A stretch of DNA of 64,000 nucleotides from a virus (IMGVR_UViG_2565956624_000008), one strand, 5' to 3'. Counted from the first letter of the stretch, positions 51,697 to 61,849 are shown. The notes: generated by a model not told the origin, from the sequence alone. A program made the numbers and translations.

Positions 51697-52061
51697 CCAC
51701 TATTACCAAAGAACGTGCGGAGATTAAATCATTCATCACAGGCTTCCTGAGCGACCCGGCGCACGATAACCAATCTTCAGACAGCCTGCTTGCCAATGTG
51801 TTTCGTATCGCGCTGGCATCGCTGGAAGCAGAACCGGTGGCGTGGATGCGTGATGACGCAGATGGTCGTGAGTATAACGCTCGCAATGAATTTTCTGGTG
51901 GAGGGGGAGGAATTCCACTCTACGCCACCCCTCAGGTGCAGGTAGTGCCGGAAGAAATGTATTGGCAGGATGCGCCAGTTGAAGGCAGCAGCAAAGCGGC
52001 TGCATACGCTACAGGCTGGAATGCCTGCCGCGCCGCTATGCTTCATGGGAAAGGAGAGTGA
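51693..52061 (+). CDS. MTTITKER-family protein, short paralogue
   Basis: Shares MTTITKER, RIALASLEA and PxVxVVPEE segments with the 52337 ORF. Confidence 0.35.
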   Translation: MTTITKERAEIKSFITGFLSDPAHDNQSSDSLLANVFRIALASLEAEPVAWMRDDADGREYNARNEFSGGGGGIPLYATPQVQVVPEEMYWQDAPVEGSSKAAAYATGWNACRAAMLHGKGE

Positions 52062-52062
52062 T

Positions 52063-52326
52063 ATGGCAACTTTAACAAAAAAAGAACGGGCATGGTTGAA
52101 CGAATTACAGGACGTTCTTGATCGCTGCCCATCACCGAAAAAAATTGGTTTTTACACCATTGGCGATAAAAGCATTTACCTGTATGACCTGCGCCGCATG
52201 GATGAAATCATGGAGGCTCTTGATAATCGTTCGTCGATGGATTGGTGTGTTGCTGTTCATGATATGAATGCAGGGTTTGATGAAAAGATTTTGTTCCCCT
52301 CATCAGTTGAAAGCACAGCGGGTTAA
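52063..52326 (+). CDS. Small hypothetical protein
   Basis: MATLTKKERAWLNELQ...; internal start of the track ORF 51970..52326. Confidence 0.3.
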   Translation: MATLTKKERAWLNELQDVLDRCPSPKKIGFYTIGDKSIYLYDLRRMDEIMEALDNRSSMDWCVAVHDMNAGFDEKILFPSSVESTAG

Positions 52327-52336
52327 GGAGTAACAC

Positions 52337-53224
52337 ATGACCACTATTACCAAAGAGCGACTGCTGACAATCAAGCAGTGGCGCGAAACATACGGACCTG
52401 GTAGCAACGTTGTACTGCCAGCAGAAGAAGCGGAAGAACTGGCACGGATTGCACTGGCATCGTTGGAAGCAAAACCAATAGGTGCATTCCACATTGCAGA
52501 ACAGCAAGTTGACGGCACAAGTGACTACCTCAAGGATGGAGAATGGCCTATTGATAATGGAATTATTGAGGTCTACGCCGCTCCCCCCGTTCCAGTAGTA
52601 CCGGAAGAAAAACCAATGCCTAACGCTCTAAGCATGCTTGAAAGAGAGATCACACAACTGATTGGTGATGCGCAGGAAGCCACTGTTACTGGCTATGAGT
52701 TAATCGCTGAAGCTTGGCGTTTGATGGATGGACAAGACCCTAAAACCAGCGATTGGCATAGCAAGGCTTCGAAGTATTTAAATTCCAATATTGTAGAAAA
52801 AGTTGATGATGACCGTATTGAGGCTGTTAAGGCTGTTTTGCGTAGACTGGCTGGCAACTATCCGGATATTCCGGATAGTTCGGTGCCAGCGCCAGGAAAG
52901 GGCGTCACCGGTGAACGTATCCGCATTAAGCCGCATGTTTATCGCGAACTGGTTAACCGTCTCCACGATACAGCGATCAAGTGTGCTGGCACCCAGCAAT
53001 TACGAGAAAGAATTAGCCGTGTTTTGGGCGACGTTATTACACCAGATCATCATAAACAAGCCGAGAAAAGTGACCTGGAAAGGTGTCACCTTGAGGCGGC
53101 ATTAAACATTAAGCCGGGGCATACGCTTGGCATTATTGATGCACTATTGGTTCATAAGATGGCCAGGGCTTTATTGCCGCTGGTGGCTGAAAAGCATGAG
53201 GTGGACCATGCCAACGAAAGCTGA
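52337..53224 (+). CDS. MTTITKER-family protein, long paralogue
   Basis: 295 aa; N-terminal 90 aa paralogous to the 51693 ORF. Confidence 0.35.
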   Translation: MTTITKERLLTIKQWRETYGPGSNVVLPAEEAEELARIALASLEAKPIGAFHIAEQQVDGTSDYLKDGEWPIDNGIIEVYAAPPVPVVPEEKPMPNALSMLEREITQLIGDAQEATVTGYELIAEAWRLMDGQDPKTSDWHSKASKYLNSNIVEKVDDDRIEAVKAVLRRLAGNYPDIPDSSVPAPGKGVTGERIRIKPHVYRELVNRLHDTAIKCAGTQQLRERISRVLGDVITPDHHKQAEKSDLERCHLEAALNIKPGHTLGIIDALLVHKMARALLPLVAEKHEVDHANES

Positions 53225-53492
53225 ATTACAGGTGCGCGTAGATGAGCTTGAAAAAGAGAACGCGAGCCTCAAAAAAATGCTGTCGCGGGCGGAAAGGGAA
53301 TTATCAGGCAAATTATTGCCAGAAGAACTGCCACCAGCAGATATACCTGATCGAGTGTCCTGGTGGATGAAGTATTTCCGTGCACCGTGGGAGGCGTTTT
53401 GGTGCTACGACCATCGCAGATGGTGTGATGAACTTGATAGCAATTTTCCCTACTTTGCGGAAGGGAACACCTGCCCTCAATGCAGGGGATAG
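53208..53492 (+). CDS. Small protein with C-terminal Cys/His cluster
   Basis: Coiled-coil N-terminus; C-terminal CYDHRRWC...CPQC. Confidence 0.3.
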   Translation: MPTKAELQVRVDELEKENASLKKMLSRAERELSGKLLPEELPPADIPDRVSWWMKYFRAPWEAFWCYDHRRWCDELDSNFPYFAEGNTCPQCRG

Positions 53493-53859
53493 CATTTGAC
53501 GAAATCGATCACCCTATCCTGAACTTCAGAAAGAAGGTCTTTTTCACGCGCCAGGACGTCAGGATATTGACGTTCTGGCCTTACCAGATGCCGGAGCTTC
53601 CCATTAAGCAGAATGGCCTCAGAAAACACTTTTACGCTGTGCTTTATCCCCTCTGTTTCACTTTTCAGCGTCAAAATAAAGCGCAATTGCTTATTAGCCT
53701 GATTCGGATTCAATACACGAATTTGCAGTTCGTCTATGCTGTTCCGCAATGGGATTGATGCCACCACACTGGTGCAGTCTCTGATTGTCTGAATTGAACG
53801 GCTAACATTGAGAACGTTATTGTGCATGTGCCTGATCCACTAACTCCTGGAGGTTTCTT

Positions 53860-54111
53860 GTGTCAGATCGAAATATAGCAGCTAAAAGCCAGGAAGAGCG
53901 AGACAAGGTGAACGTAGACCTTGCCGCCAGCGGCGTTGCTTACAAAGAACGGCTGAATATACCTGTGATTGCAGAGCAGGTGGCCCGTGAGCAACCGGAA
54001 AACCTGCGCGCCTATTTCATGGAACGGCTACGGCACTACCGGCAGTTAAGCCTCCAGTTGCCAAAAGGGAGCGATCCGGTGTATCAGAACGAGGATGCAC
54101 CAAAAAAATAA
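53860..54111 (+). CDS. hot: Hot, homologue of the DNA polymerase III theta subunit
   Basis: 83-aa ORF with GGAGG RBS; HolE-like composition; upstream of humD as in P1. Confidence 0.55.
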   Translation: MSDRNIAAKSQEERDKVNVDLAASGVAYKERLNIPVIAEQVAREQPENLRAYFMERLRHYRQLSLQLPKGSDPVYQNEDAPKK

Positions 54112-54196
54112 CGGCAAGATGGGGGAGAAATGTGATTAGCCCCCAGCGTGGCGCGCCTACAAACCCCGCTTTCACAAACTATGCCTTTTCAATGTA

Positions 54197-54216
54197 TACT
54201 GTATGAATAAACAGTA
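54197..54216 (+). promoter_or_regulatory. LexA (SOS) box upstream of humD
   Basis: TACTGTATGAATAAACAGTA fits the CTGT-N8-ACAG consensus. Confidence 0.8.
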
Positions 54217-54234
54217 TCATTGAGGTAAAACGCT

Positions 54235-54624
54235 ATGGGCTTCCCTTCTCCTGCGGCGGATTATGTTGAAAGCCGAATTTCTCTTGATCAGCAGATAATT
54301 AGACATCCTTCAGCGACCTACTTCATGCGGGCAGCTGATAGCCATCACCGTGAGGGAATATTGCAGGGTGCTTTGCTGGTGGTTGATTCCTCGCTTACTC
54401 CGGTTGATGGTTCTCTGCTTGTGTGCGCTATGGAGGGTGAATATCGCATAAAGAGATACAGGAAGTATCCGCGCCAGCACCTGGAGGACTTAAGCACCGG
54501 GAAGAAAGAGGCGTTACCAGTAGATGACGATGGATACACGGGCAGTAATGCTGTTTTTGGTGTGATCACTCATGTCATCAATGATGCCCGAAGTGGGGAA
54601 TTTGATGATTGTCCGGTTATTTAA
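54235..54624 (+). CDS. humD: HumD, UmuD-like S24 peptidase-fold protein
   Basis: 129 aa; UmuD-like FPSPAADYVE N-terminus and C-terminal beta-domain. Confidence 0.75.
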   Translation: MGFPSPAADYVESRISLDQQIIRHPSATYFMRAADSHHREGILQGALLVVDSSLTPVDGSLLVCAMEGEYRIKRYRKYPRQHLEDLSTGKKEALPVDDDGYTGSNAVFGVITHVINDARSGEFDDCPVI

Positions 54625-54666
54625 GCTGCAAAGTGCTGGTGCTTTATGCCTGTGAAGTTTATAATT

Positions 54667-54690
54667 GTGTACACATAACGAGTACACGAG
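54667..54690 (+). promoter_or_regulatory. phd-doc promoter/operator with palindromic Phd sites
   Basis: TGTGTACACA palindrome plus a GAGTACAC half-site repeat just upstream of the phd start. Confidence 0.6.
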
Positions 54691-54696
54691 GTGTTT

Positions 54697-54918
54697 ATGC
54701 AATCCATTAACTTCCGTACCGCGCGTGGCAACCTTTCTGAAGTGCTCAACAATGTTGAAGCCGGGGAAGAGGTTGAAATCACCCGCAGAGGCCGTGAGCC
54801 AGCAGTAATTGTCAGCAAGGCTACTTTCGAAGCCTACAAAAAAGCGGCGCTGGATGCTGAATTTGCATCCCTGTTTGACACCCTGGACTCCACCAACAAG
54901 GAACTGGTTAACCGATAA
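54697..54918 (+). CDS. phd: Phd antitoxin
   Basis: 73-aa product [49 protein letters not shown]... matches P1 Phd as recalled. Confidence 0.9.
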   Translation: MQSINFRTARGNLSEVLNNVEAGEEVEITRRGREPAVIVSKATFEAYKKAALDAEFASLFDTLDSTNKELVNR

Positions 54919-55298
54919 TGAGGCATATATCACCGGAAGAACTTATTGCGCTTCATGATGCGAATATAAACCGCTACGGCGGCCTGCCGGGAATGTCTGA
55001 TCCGGGTAGGGCAGAGGCCATTATCGGGAGAGTTCAGGCCAGAGTTGCCTACGAAGAGATCACCGACCTTTTCGAAGTCTCCGCCACCTACCTGGTGGCT
55101 ACGGCGAGAGGGCATATATTCAATGATGCCAATAAGCGTACCGCGCTAAACAGTGCGCTGTTATTTCTACGCCGTAACGGGGTGCAGGTATTTGATTCAC
55201 CTGAACTGGCAGACCTTACCGTAGGGGCTGCGACTGGCGAGATATCTGTATCTTCTGTCGCCGCCACGTTACGTAGATTGTATGGTTCTGCGGAGTAG
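54918..55298 (+). CDS. doc: Doc toxin (Fic-fold kinase)
   Basis: 126 aa, start overlapping the phd stop (TAATG); Fic-like [11 protein letters not shown] motif. Confidence 0.9.
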   Translation: MRHISPEELIALHDANINRYGGLPGMSDPGRAEAIIGRVQARVAYEEITDLFEVSATYLVATARGHIFNDANKRTALNSALLFLRRNGVQVFDSPELADLTVGAATGEISVSSVAATLRRLYGSAE

Positions 55299-55302
55299 AT
55301 TA

Positions 55303-55482
55303 ATGGCACGCAAATACAACAAATTGTCCCGTGAAGCGTTAAAGATGCTTCTTGATGGCGTGAGTCGCCGCAAGGTAAAGCAATACCTGGTTGGTAAGCA
55401 AATTGGTGCCAGGACCGCTATTGCTGTGTTATGCCGTCAGGAAATGGTTGTGCTTAAACAGAGAATGCCGGGCAGCAGATAA
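55303..55482 (+). CDS. Small basic protein downstream of doc (P1 pdcA position)
   Basis: Start MARKYNKL after a GGAG RBS. Confidence 0.35.
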   Translation: MARKYNKLSREALKMLLDGVSRRKVKQYLVGKQIGARTAIAVLCRQEMVVLKQRMPGSR

Positions 55483-55509
55483 AGCCCAATCAGTGATGAA
55501 AGGTGTGAT

Positions 55510-56553
55510 GTGAAAGCCGTAATTACTCCCTTTGTACAGAAAGAGCTTGGCGTCGCCACATTCAAAGTGGATCAGGAAGTCAGAAAGCTGGTGGAGGCTG
55601 GCCGTAAATTTATTATGGAGCCGGTGCCGCGTGAGTTAATCGAGCACATGGACGACGGCCTCGTTGTTTCCGAGCAGACTATGGCAACAAATGAGGCGTT
55701 GCAGCCGTTTTTTAACAGCGATGAACTGTTTCGCCGTATTGGTGGAATTGACGCGCTGGTGGCGTGGTTGCGTAGGAAAGAGGGTCAATGCCAGGCCGCA
55801 GATCGTAGTTGGTGTGACAACCATATTGTCCACGCTGAACGAGACAATAGCGCGGTGTTGTTGTGCTGGCATCACGATAACCATTACCGGATGCGTGGTT
55901 TTAATGAGCTGAAAGAAACGCTGCATAATAATCGCGTTAACTGGATACTGGATGTCGCCCGTCAGGAAATGGGGCTTTCAGATGGTCATGATTTAAGTAT
56001 TCAGGAACTGTGCTGGTGGGCTTTCATGCGCAACATGATGCACCTGATGCCGGAAGAAGTTTGCCGTATATCAATAAATAAGATGAAAGCCGCAACGCAG
56101 GATAGCGGACCTCTGAAAGAGGCGGATATTCGCCCGTATGACGATCGCGCTACAGCATATGTTCAGATGATGGAAGAACGCGCCGCGCCGATGCGTGCAA
56201 AAGTATGCCCTGTGGATGTTGACTCCGACCCTGGCATGGCGCATTTCAAAATACCAAAACTGCAATCGCTAAAATTACCTGAGTACATGGACTTTGTTGC
56301 TTCCCGTCCATGCTGTGGGTGTGGAGCGGCGGGAGCTGGCGCTCACATTACGCCTTATATCGTTCGTCATAGTCGATTATGCGCGCATGACATTTACGCA
56401 ATTCCTTTGTGCCAGTCATGCCAGCGTGATATTGAGCGTGACCGCGATAATTGGGAGAAGACGCACGGTAGGCTGGCGATGCATCAACGATTGTTCTTTG
56501 ATTACGCGCTTGGAGTCGGCGCTATCACAAGTCACTCGTCGAGCGTTAGATAA
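55510..56553 (+). CDS. Cys-rich protein (P1 pdcB position)
   Basis: 347 aa; C-terminal CCGCG...C...CQSC cluster. Confidence 0.4.
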   Translation: MKAVITPFVQKELGVATFKVDQEVRKLVEAGRKFIMEPVPRELIEHMDDGLVVSEQTMATNEALQPFFNSDELFRRIGGIDALVAWLRRKEGQCQAADRSWCDNHIVHAERDNSAVLLCWHHDNHYRMRGFNELKETLHNNRVNWILDVARQEMGLSDGHDLSIQELCWWAFMRNMMHLMPEEVCRISINKMKAATQDSGPLKEADIRPYDDRATAYVQMMEERAAPMRAKVCPVDVDSDPGMAHFKIPKLQSLKLPEYMDFVASRPCCGCGAAGAGAHITPYIVRHSRLCAHDIYAIPLCQSCQRDIERDRDNWEKTHGRLAMHQRLFFDYALGVGAITSHSSSVR

Positions 56554-56554
56554 A

Positions 56555-56571
56555 ATTGCTCTAATGTATTG
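56555..56571 (+). promoter_or_regulatory. C1 operator-like site upstream of lpa
   Basis: ATTGCTCTAATGTATTG, left arm conserved. Confidence 0.5.
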
Positions 56572-56641
56572 CTATTTCTTTAATCGAGGGTATTATATTC
56601 CACGTTGATTAGTTGACATGGGCTAATCAGTAGGTGACAGG

Positions 56642-57094
56642 ATGTTACTTAACTGGCAGGGACGCCACTTCATGGAAATAAATCACTCACGAATAACATC
56701 GTACGAGATTGCGGATTACATGATCCGCACTAAATCTCTTCTATCAGCGAAAGAACTCGCAGCAATTCTTGAAAAGGAATACCCGCATCTGGATGTCGAT
56801 AAGCGCGATGTTTATCTGCGCTTAAAGGCTATCGCTGTGTCTAAGTATTCGTCTGTTTTGATTGATGACAGTACACGCCCACGTAGATTTCAGATCCACT
56901 CTCTGAATCCTGAATTCTTTCGCCGTAGCCGCGCTCCGCGCCGGTTTGATGAAAAACTCCAGAACGAACTCTATATGACGCAGGACGAAAAGGAACGCCG
57001 GGAGCACCAGCCTTGGGTAATGGCGCGTCAACTTTTCAATAAGGTGGCCCGTCAGCACCGTCATTACGGTAATGCCACATCCGCACGTATCTGA
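56642..57094 (+). CDS. lpa: Lpa, late promoter activator
   Basis: About 150-aa ORF between pdcB and pacA under a C1 operator, as in P1. Confidence 0.5.
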   Translation: MLLNWQGRHFMEINHSRITSYEIADYMIRTKSLLSAKELAAILEKEYPHLDVDKRDVYLRLKAIAVSKYSSVLIDDSTRPRRFQIHSLNPEFFRRSRAPRRFDEKLQNELYMTQDEKERREHQPWVMARQLFNKVARQHRHYGNATSARI

Positions 57095-57179
57095 TTGATT
57101 GCTTGCCCGTTCCGGGCCTTTTGACATGTGACTTTCGTTACCCTCGCGTCAAAAAGAGTTTTTACGAAAGGAAGCATAA

Positions 57180-58373
57180 GTGACCTGGGACGATCACAAA
57201 AAGAATTTTGCTCGCCTGGCGCGAGATGGTGGTTACACCATCGCACAGTATGCCGCCGAGTTTAATCTTAACCCTAATACCGCACGTCGTTATCTCCGTG
57301 CCTTCAAAGAAGACACCAGGACTGCGGACAGCCGCAAGCCAAATAAGCCAGTCAGGAAGCCACTAAAAAGCATGATCATTGATCACTCTAATGATCAACA
57401 TGCAGGTGATCATATTGCGGCTGAAATAGCGGAAAAACAGAGAGTTAATGCCGTTGTCAGTGCCGCAGTCGAGAATGCGAAGCGCCAAAATAAGCGCATA
57501 AATGATCGTTCAGATGATCATGACGTGATCACCCGCGCCCACCGGACTTTACGTGATCGCCTGGAACGCGACACCCTGGATGATGATGGTGAACGCTTTG
57601 AATTCGAAGCGGGCGATTACCTGATAGATAACGTTGAAGCGCGGAAGGCCGCGCGCGCTATGTTGCGTCGTTCCGGAGCTGATGTTCTGGAAACCACTCT
57701 TCTGGAAAAGTCTCTTTCTCATCTCCTTATGCTGGAGAACGCCAGGGATACGTGTATTCGCCTGGTGCAGGAAATGCGCGATCAGCAAAAAGACGATGAT
57801 GAAGGTACTCCGCCTGAATACCGTATCGCGAGCATGCTAAACAGCTGTTCCGCGCAGATAAGCAGCCTGATCAACACCATTTACAGCATCCGGAATAACT
57901 ATCGAAAAGAAAGCCGGGAGGCGGAAAAGCACGCTTTATCTATGGGGCAAGCTGGCATTGTTAAGCTGGCATACGAACGAAAGCGTGAAAATAACTGGTC
58001 AGTGCTGGAAGCGGCTGAATTCATCGAGGCGCATGGAGGAAAAGTGCCGCCCCTGATGCTGGAGCAAATCAAAGCCGATCTGCGTGCTCCTAAGACCAAT
58101 ACCGATGATGAGGAAAGGCAAACAGCCGTCGGTGGCCCTTCTCTTGAAGATCTGGACAAAGTTGCGCGAGAACGGGCCGCCAACCGCCGCGCCGATGCCG
58201 CATTGTGGATTGAGCAGCGTAGGGAAGAAATCGCCGATATTGTTGATACAGGCGGTTATGGAGATGTTGATACTGAAGGTGTATCAAACGACCCATGGCT
58301 GGAACAAGACCTGGACGAAGACGAGGAGGAAGACGAAGAAGTTACCCGCAAGCTATACGGGGATGATGATTAA
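57180..58373 (+). CDS. pacA: PacA terminase subunit (pac recognition)
   Basis: 397 aa; N-terminal HTH-like region; contains the pac hexamer clusters; very acidic C-terminus. Confidence 0.75.
   Translation: MTWDDHKKNFARLARDGGYTIAQYAAEFNLNPNTARRYLRAFKEDTRTADSRKPNKPVRKPLKSMIIDHSNDQHAGDHIAAEIAEKQRVNAVVSAAVENAKRQNKRINDRSDDHDVITRAHRTLRDRLERDTLDDDGERFEFEAGDYLIDNVEARKAARAMLRRSGADVLETTLLEKSLSHLLMLENARDTCIRLVQEMRDQQKDDDEGTPPEYRIASMLNSCSAQISSLINTIYSIRNNYRKESREAEKHALSMGQAGIVKLAYERKRENNWSVLEAAEFIEAHGGKVPPLMLEQIKADLRAPKTNTDDEERQTAVGGPSLEDLDKVARERAANRRADAALWIEQRREEIADIVDTGGYGDVDTEGVSNDPWLEQDLDEDEEEDEEVTRKLYGDDD
57373..57531 (+). other. pac packaging site (two TGATCA hexamer clusters)
   Basis: Four TGATCA hexamers at ~57373-57412 and three TGATC(A/G) at ~57503-57531. 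Confidence 0.7.
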
Positions 58374-59857
58374 TGGCCAGAAGTTGCGTAACGGATCCAC
58401 GTTGGCGCGAGCTGGTGGCGCTATATCGTTATGACTGGATTGCGGCCGCTGATGTTTTGTTCGGCAAAACACCTACCTGGCAGCAGGATCTGATTATTGA
58501 GTCTGTGCAGGAACAGGGTAGCAAGACATCTGTTTCGTCTGGTCACGGTACCGGGAAATCAGACATGACTTCTATCATGATCATGTTGTTCATAATCATG
58601 TATCCCGGTGCCCGCGCCATTATCGTTGCGAACAAAATTCAGCAGGTAATGACCGGTATATTCAAGTACATCAAGATAAACTGGGCTACTGCCACCAGCC
58701 GTTTTCCATGGCTTGCTGATTATTTTGTTCTGACAGAAACCGCTTTCTATGAGGTTACTGGTAAAGGTGTATGGACTGTAGTACCGAAGGGCTTTCGTCT
58801 GGGAAGTGAAGAAGCTCTCGCCGGTGAACACGCAGATCATCTTCTGTATATTATCGATGAAGCCTCCGGTGTCAGTGATAGAGCTTTCGGTATCATCACT
58901 GGTGCTCTTACCGGACAGGATAACCGCATCTTATTACTGTCACAGCCTACACGCCCAAGCGGCTATTTCTACGATACTCACCATAAACTGGCCAAGCGTC
59001 CTGGTAACCCTGATGGCGTTTATACGGCGATCACGCTTAACAGTGAGGAATCACCGCTGGTAACGCCAGCATTTATCAAAATGAAGCTGGCGGAGTACGG
59101 CGGGCGTGATAACCCTATGTACATGATTAAGGTACGCGGACTATTCCCTAAATCACAGGATGGCTTCCTTCTTGGACGTGATGAGGTTGAACGTGCGACG
59201 CGGCGGAAAGTCAAGATTGCCAAAGGATGGGGCTGGCTTGCATGTGTGGACGTTGCTGGTGGTACGGGACGGGATAAGTCCGTTATCAATATCATGATGG
59301 TGTCCGGCCAGAGAAATAAACGCCGTGTAATCAACTATCGAATGCTGGAATACACAGACGTTACAGAAACGCAGCTTGCCGCCAAAATTTTCGCAGAATG
59401 TAATCCTGAGCGATTCCCAAATATCACCATAGCGATAGACGGCGATGGCCTGGGTAAAGCAACGGCGGATCTGATGTACGAGTATTATGGTATTACCGTA
59501 CAGCGTATACGCTGGGGTAAAAAGATGCATAGCCGTGAAGATAAGAGCCTGTACTTTGATAAGCGTGCTTATGCCAACGTTCAAGCCGCAGAGGCCGTAA
59601 AATCAGGTCGTATGAGACTGGATAAGGGTAATGAAACTATTGAGGAAGCGTCGAAAATCCCTGTAGGGATTAACTCCGCAGGTCAATGGAAGGTGATGAG
59701 TAAGGAGGATATGAAGAAAAAACTCAACCTGCACTCACCAGACCATTGGGATACATATTGTTTCGCTATGCTGGCGGATTATGTTCCCCAGGATGAAGTG
59801 CTTAGCGTCGAAGACGAAGCGCAGGTTGATGAAGCTCTGGCATGGCTTAATGAATAA
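58373..59857 (+). CDS. pacB: PacB terminase large subunit
   Basis: 494 aa; ATPase-type [10 protein letters not shown] Walker B-like motif; start overlaps the pacA stop. Confidence 0.8.
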   Translation: MARSCVTDPRWRELVALYRYDWIAAADVLFGKTPTWQQDLIIESVQEQGSKTSVSSGHGTGKSDMTSIMIMLFIIMYPGARAIIVANKIQQVMTGIFKYIKINWATATSRFPWLADYFVLTETAFYEVTGKGVWTVVPKGFRLGSEEALAGEHADHLLYIIDEASGVSDRAFGIITGALTGQDNRILLLSQPTRPSGYFYDTHHKLAKRPGNPDGVYTAITLNSEESPLVTPAFIKMKLAEYGGRDNPMYMIKVRGLFPKSQDGFLLGRDEVERATRRKVKIAKGWGWLACVDVAGGTGRDKSVINIMMVSGQRNKRRVINYRMLEYTDVTETQLAAKIFAECNPERFPNITIAIDGDGLGKATADLMYEYYGITVQRIRWGKKMHSREDKSLYFDKRAYANVQAAEAVKSGRMRLDKGNETIEEASKIPVGINSAGQWKVMSKEDMKKKLNLHSPDHWDTYCFAMLADYVPQDEVLSVEDEAQVDEALAWLNE

Positions 59858-59881
59858 CTCATTGACCATGCCGGATAGAAA

Positions 59882-60733
59882 CTATTGCGCGCTTTCGGGG
59901 TTGTCGTTTACTGGCTGCCCCTTCTTAGTTTTACGGCTGCGCGTAACTGATGCGGCTGATTTGACCTTTTTCTCTTCGCGAGTGATGGCAATTTGTTTTT
60001 TTACATTTTCAATATCTGCCAGGCGATATATTTTTGCCTGCGGCCAGCGGTCGCAGATGATCGGTTCTATAGAGTCATAAAGGCTAAATTTTGCTTTCTC
60101 GAATTCACCGTTGATGATGATTCCATCACGGAGAGTTTCATCGCAGATAAACACACCACACAGCGGCACATGGTAACTAACTGATTTACCATCATTGTAG
60201 TTAGGGCTACTGGAAATGTAATGGACGCGCAGCATTGTTTCGCTAAAGCCGTGTACACGCATACGGAATTTTTCATCCTCCGGGTACTGCTTCATTAGCT
60301 CTTTTGTTGCTTCCAGGTTCTCTATGTATTTCGCACTGTGCTCATTGATCCCCGCGCTTTTCTGGATGCGAATGTCCTTATCAATCAGATGAATAATGCG
60401 GCCAGCGGTCATGTTGACGCTGTTCACAGCTTCTGTCTGATAAGTTGTAACCTTACGCACACCGCGAAGGATGTTAGGCACTGGATATAAAATAGTCTTT
60501 GGGATATTGAGGTCTGGGTACTGTTCCAGTTCCCGCGCCATTAAAGTCCATTTATCAATTTCAGCCTGAATGCTGTCCGTTTCTTTGAACGGCAGAACGA
60601 CAACCGGGCGAACAGGACGACCGTCGCTGGCGGCATCAACGTGTTGGGCGCGTGCAACAGCTTTTTTTAGAAAGAGATCCCTGAAGCTGACGAACTCCTG
60701 GTACAGTTGTTCGCCGTAGACATAATTTATCAT
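59882..60733 (-). CDS. c1: C1 repressor of lysogeny
   Basis: 283-aa product beginning MINYVYGEQLYQEFVSFRDLF; convergent with pacB; preceded by coi. Confidence 0.85.
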   Translation of the reverse strand: MINYVYGEQLYQEFVSFRDLFLKKAVARAQHVDAASDGRPVRPVVVLPFKETDSIQAEIDKWTLMARELEQYPDLNIPKTILYPVPNILRGVRKVTTYQTEAVNSVNMTAGRIIHLIDKDIRIQKSAGINEHSAKYIENLEATKELMKQYPEDEKFRMRVHGFSETMLRVHYISSSPNYNDGKSVSYHVPLCGVFICDETLRDGIIINGEFEKAKFSLYDSIEPIICDRWPQAKIYRLADIENVKKQIAITREEKKVKSAASVTRSRKTKKGQPVNDNPESAQ

Positions 60734-60843
60734 TGATCCTCCTCCAGAATTGACATGGCCAACAACTCACAGCGGATTACACTGGGAGTTGTTGGCCACC
60801 ATTATAGAAGGATCCAACGAAAATAATAGATTTATTAGTGCAT

Positions 60844-61053
60844 TTATTGTGAGTCTGGCTGGTTAGTGGCCATGAGATATTCGATTGTGTCAGTGAGATC
60901 ATCCAGGTCGTCTTGGGTGATGCGGTACTCCTGATTGGATATCTTTGAGTAGTGTTCAGCAATGGCGCGGGCAGCGTCGGTTTCGGCGGGGTCTACAGAT
61001 AAAGCGTTAGAGCAATGTCTAACGTCGTCGATGGTTGGTGGAATGAAAGCCAT
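60844..61053 (-). CDS. coi: Coi, C1 inactivator
   Basis: 69-aa ORF directly upstream of c1 in the same orientation, downstream of operator sites. Confidence 0.55.
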   Translation of the reverse strand: MAFIPPTIDDVRHCSNALSVDPAETDAARAIAEHYSKISNQEYRITQDDLDDLTDTIEYLMATNQPDSQ

Positions 61054-61291
61054 AATTATGCCTCACTGTATTGACAACACAGAGCCTGAAGCTCTGACCT
61101 ACTGTTTCACCCATGATCCATGCTGGGGTAATCTAACAACATTGCGCTGTGTGTAAGATGAGCAATGCATAGCTGTAATGCCGTTGTATAAGGTTTCCCT
61201 GTTTGCTCATTTCCTTCTGAGCCGCTCTACAACGCTGAAGACACATTAAATAGTGAATCCAAAGTCGTATTACGAAACGGCGGCAAAACTA

Positions 61292-61390
61292 TAATTTATT
61301 AGAGCAATTGTCAAACAACTATGAAAAACAATCCAGTTTTTGGCTGGTGGAGTGGGATTTTTCTCTCAAAATTTATTGCTCTAATAATTC
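61292..61390. promoter_or_regulatory. Op99-like operator region (two C1 operator-like sites in opposite orientation)
   Basis: Reverse-strand ATTGCTCTAATAAATTA (~61292-61308) and plus-strand ATTGCTCTAATAATTCT (~61374-61390). Confidence 0.6.
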
Positions 61391-61620
61391 TTGATTTTTA
61401 TGCGCAGCTGGACGTAAACTCCTCTTCAGACCCTTAAGGGTTATTGAACATGATCAATTTACCTGTAAATCCATACAGTTCAATACCTTACAGGTCAAAT
61501 AGTGATCACTTGATCATTTGATCAAGGTTGCGCTACGTAAAATCTGCGAAATGTTGGCAGTGTTAGTGCTCCAGATTTCGCGTAGCGCACTTAGCACCAC
61601 CAATCAATCAGAGGTGAAAA

Positions 61621-61842
61621 ATGGGATATTCAGCTGCTAAAGTGTCCACTCATCTTGAGCTTGAGAAAAACCGTGGTTACTGGCGGGCAAAAGGGTTTGA
61701 TCGTGATAGTTGTCAACTGTCATTATCGCGCGGTGAAGAGAAAATAGAACGCACGCGCGGTCGCTGGCGTTTCTATGACGAGAACCATAAACAGGTAAAG
61801 GCAGAGCCGATCCTGTACACTTTACTTAAAACCATTATCTGA
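61621..61842 (+). CDS. Small ORF immediately upstream of cre
   Basis: 73-aa ORF with GAGGTG RBS; lies in the GATC-rich region expected to carry cre promoters, so coding status is uncertain. Confidence 0.3.
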   Translation: MGYSAAKVSTHLELEKNRGYWRAKGFDRDSCQLSLSRGEEKIERTRGRWRFYDENHKQVKAEPILYTLLKTII

Positions 61843-61849
61843 GTGTTAA

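Noticed and set aside
53477-53827. 116-aa minus-strand ORF between the accessory island and hot
   Set aside because: No convincing RBS (nearest GGAG about 17-20 nt upstream) and opposite to all surrounding genes; left uncalled, though a small divergent gene cannot be excluded.
61455-61495. Inverted repeat ACCTGTAA ... TTACAGGT upstream of cre as a possible lox-like site
   Set aside because: 8-bp arms with a ~20-bp spacer do not match the 13-8-13 lox architecture or the loxP arm sequence; more likely promoter-associated.
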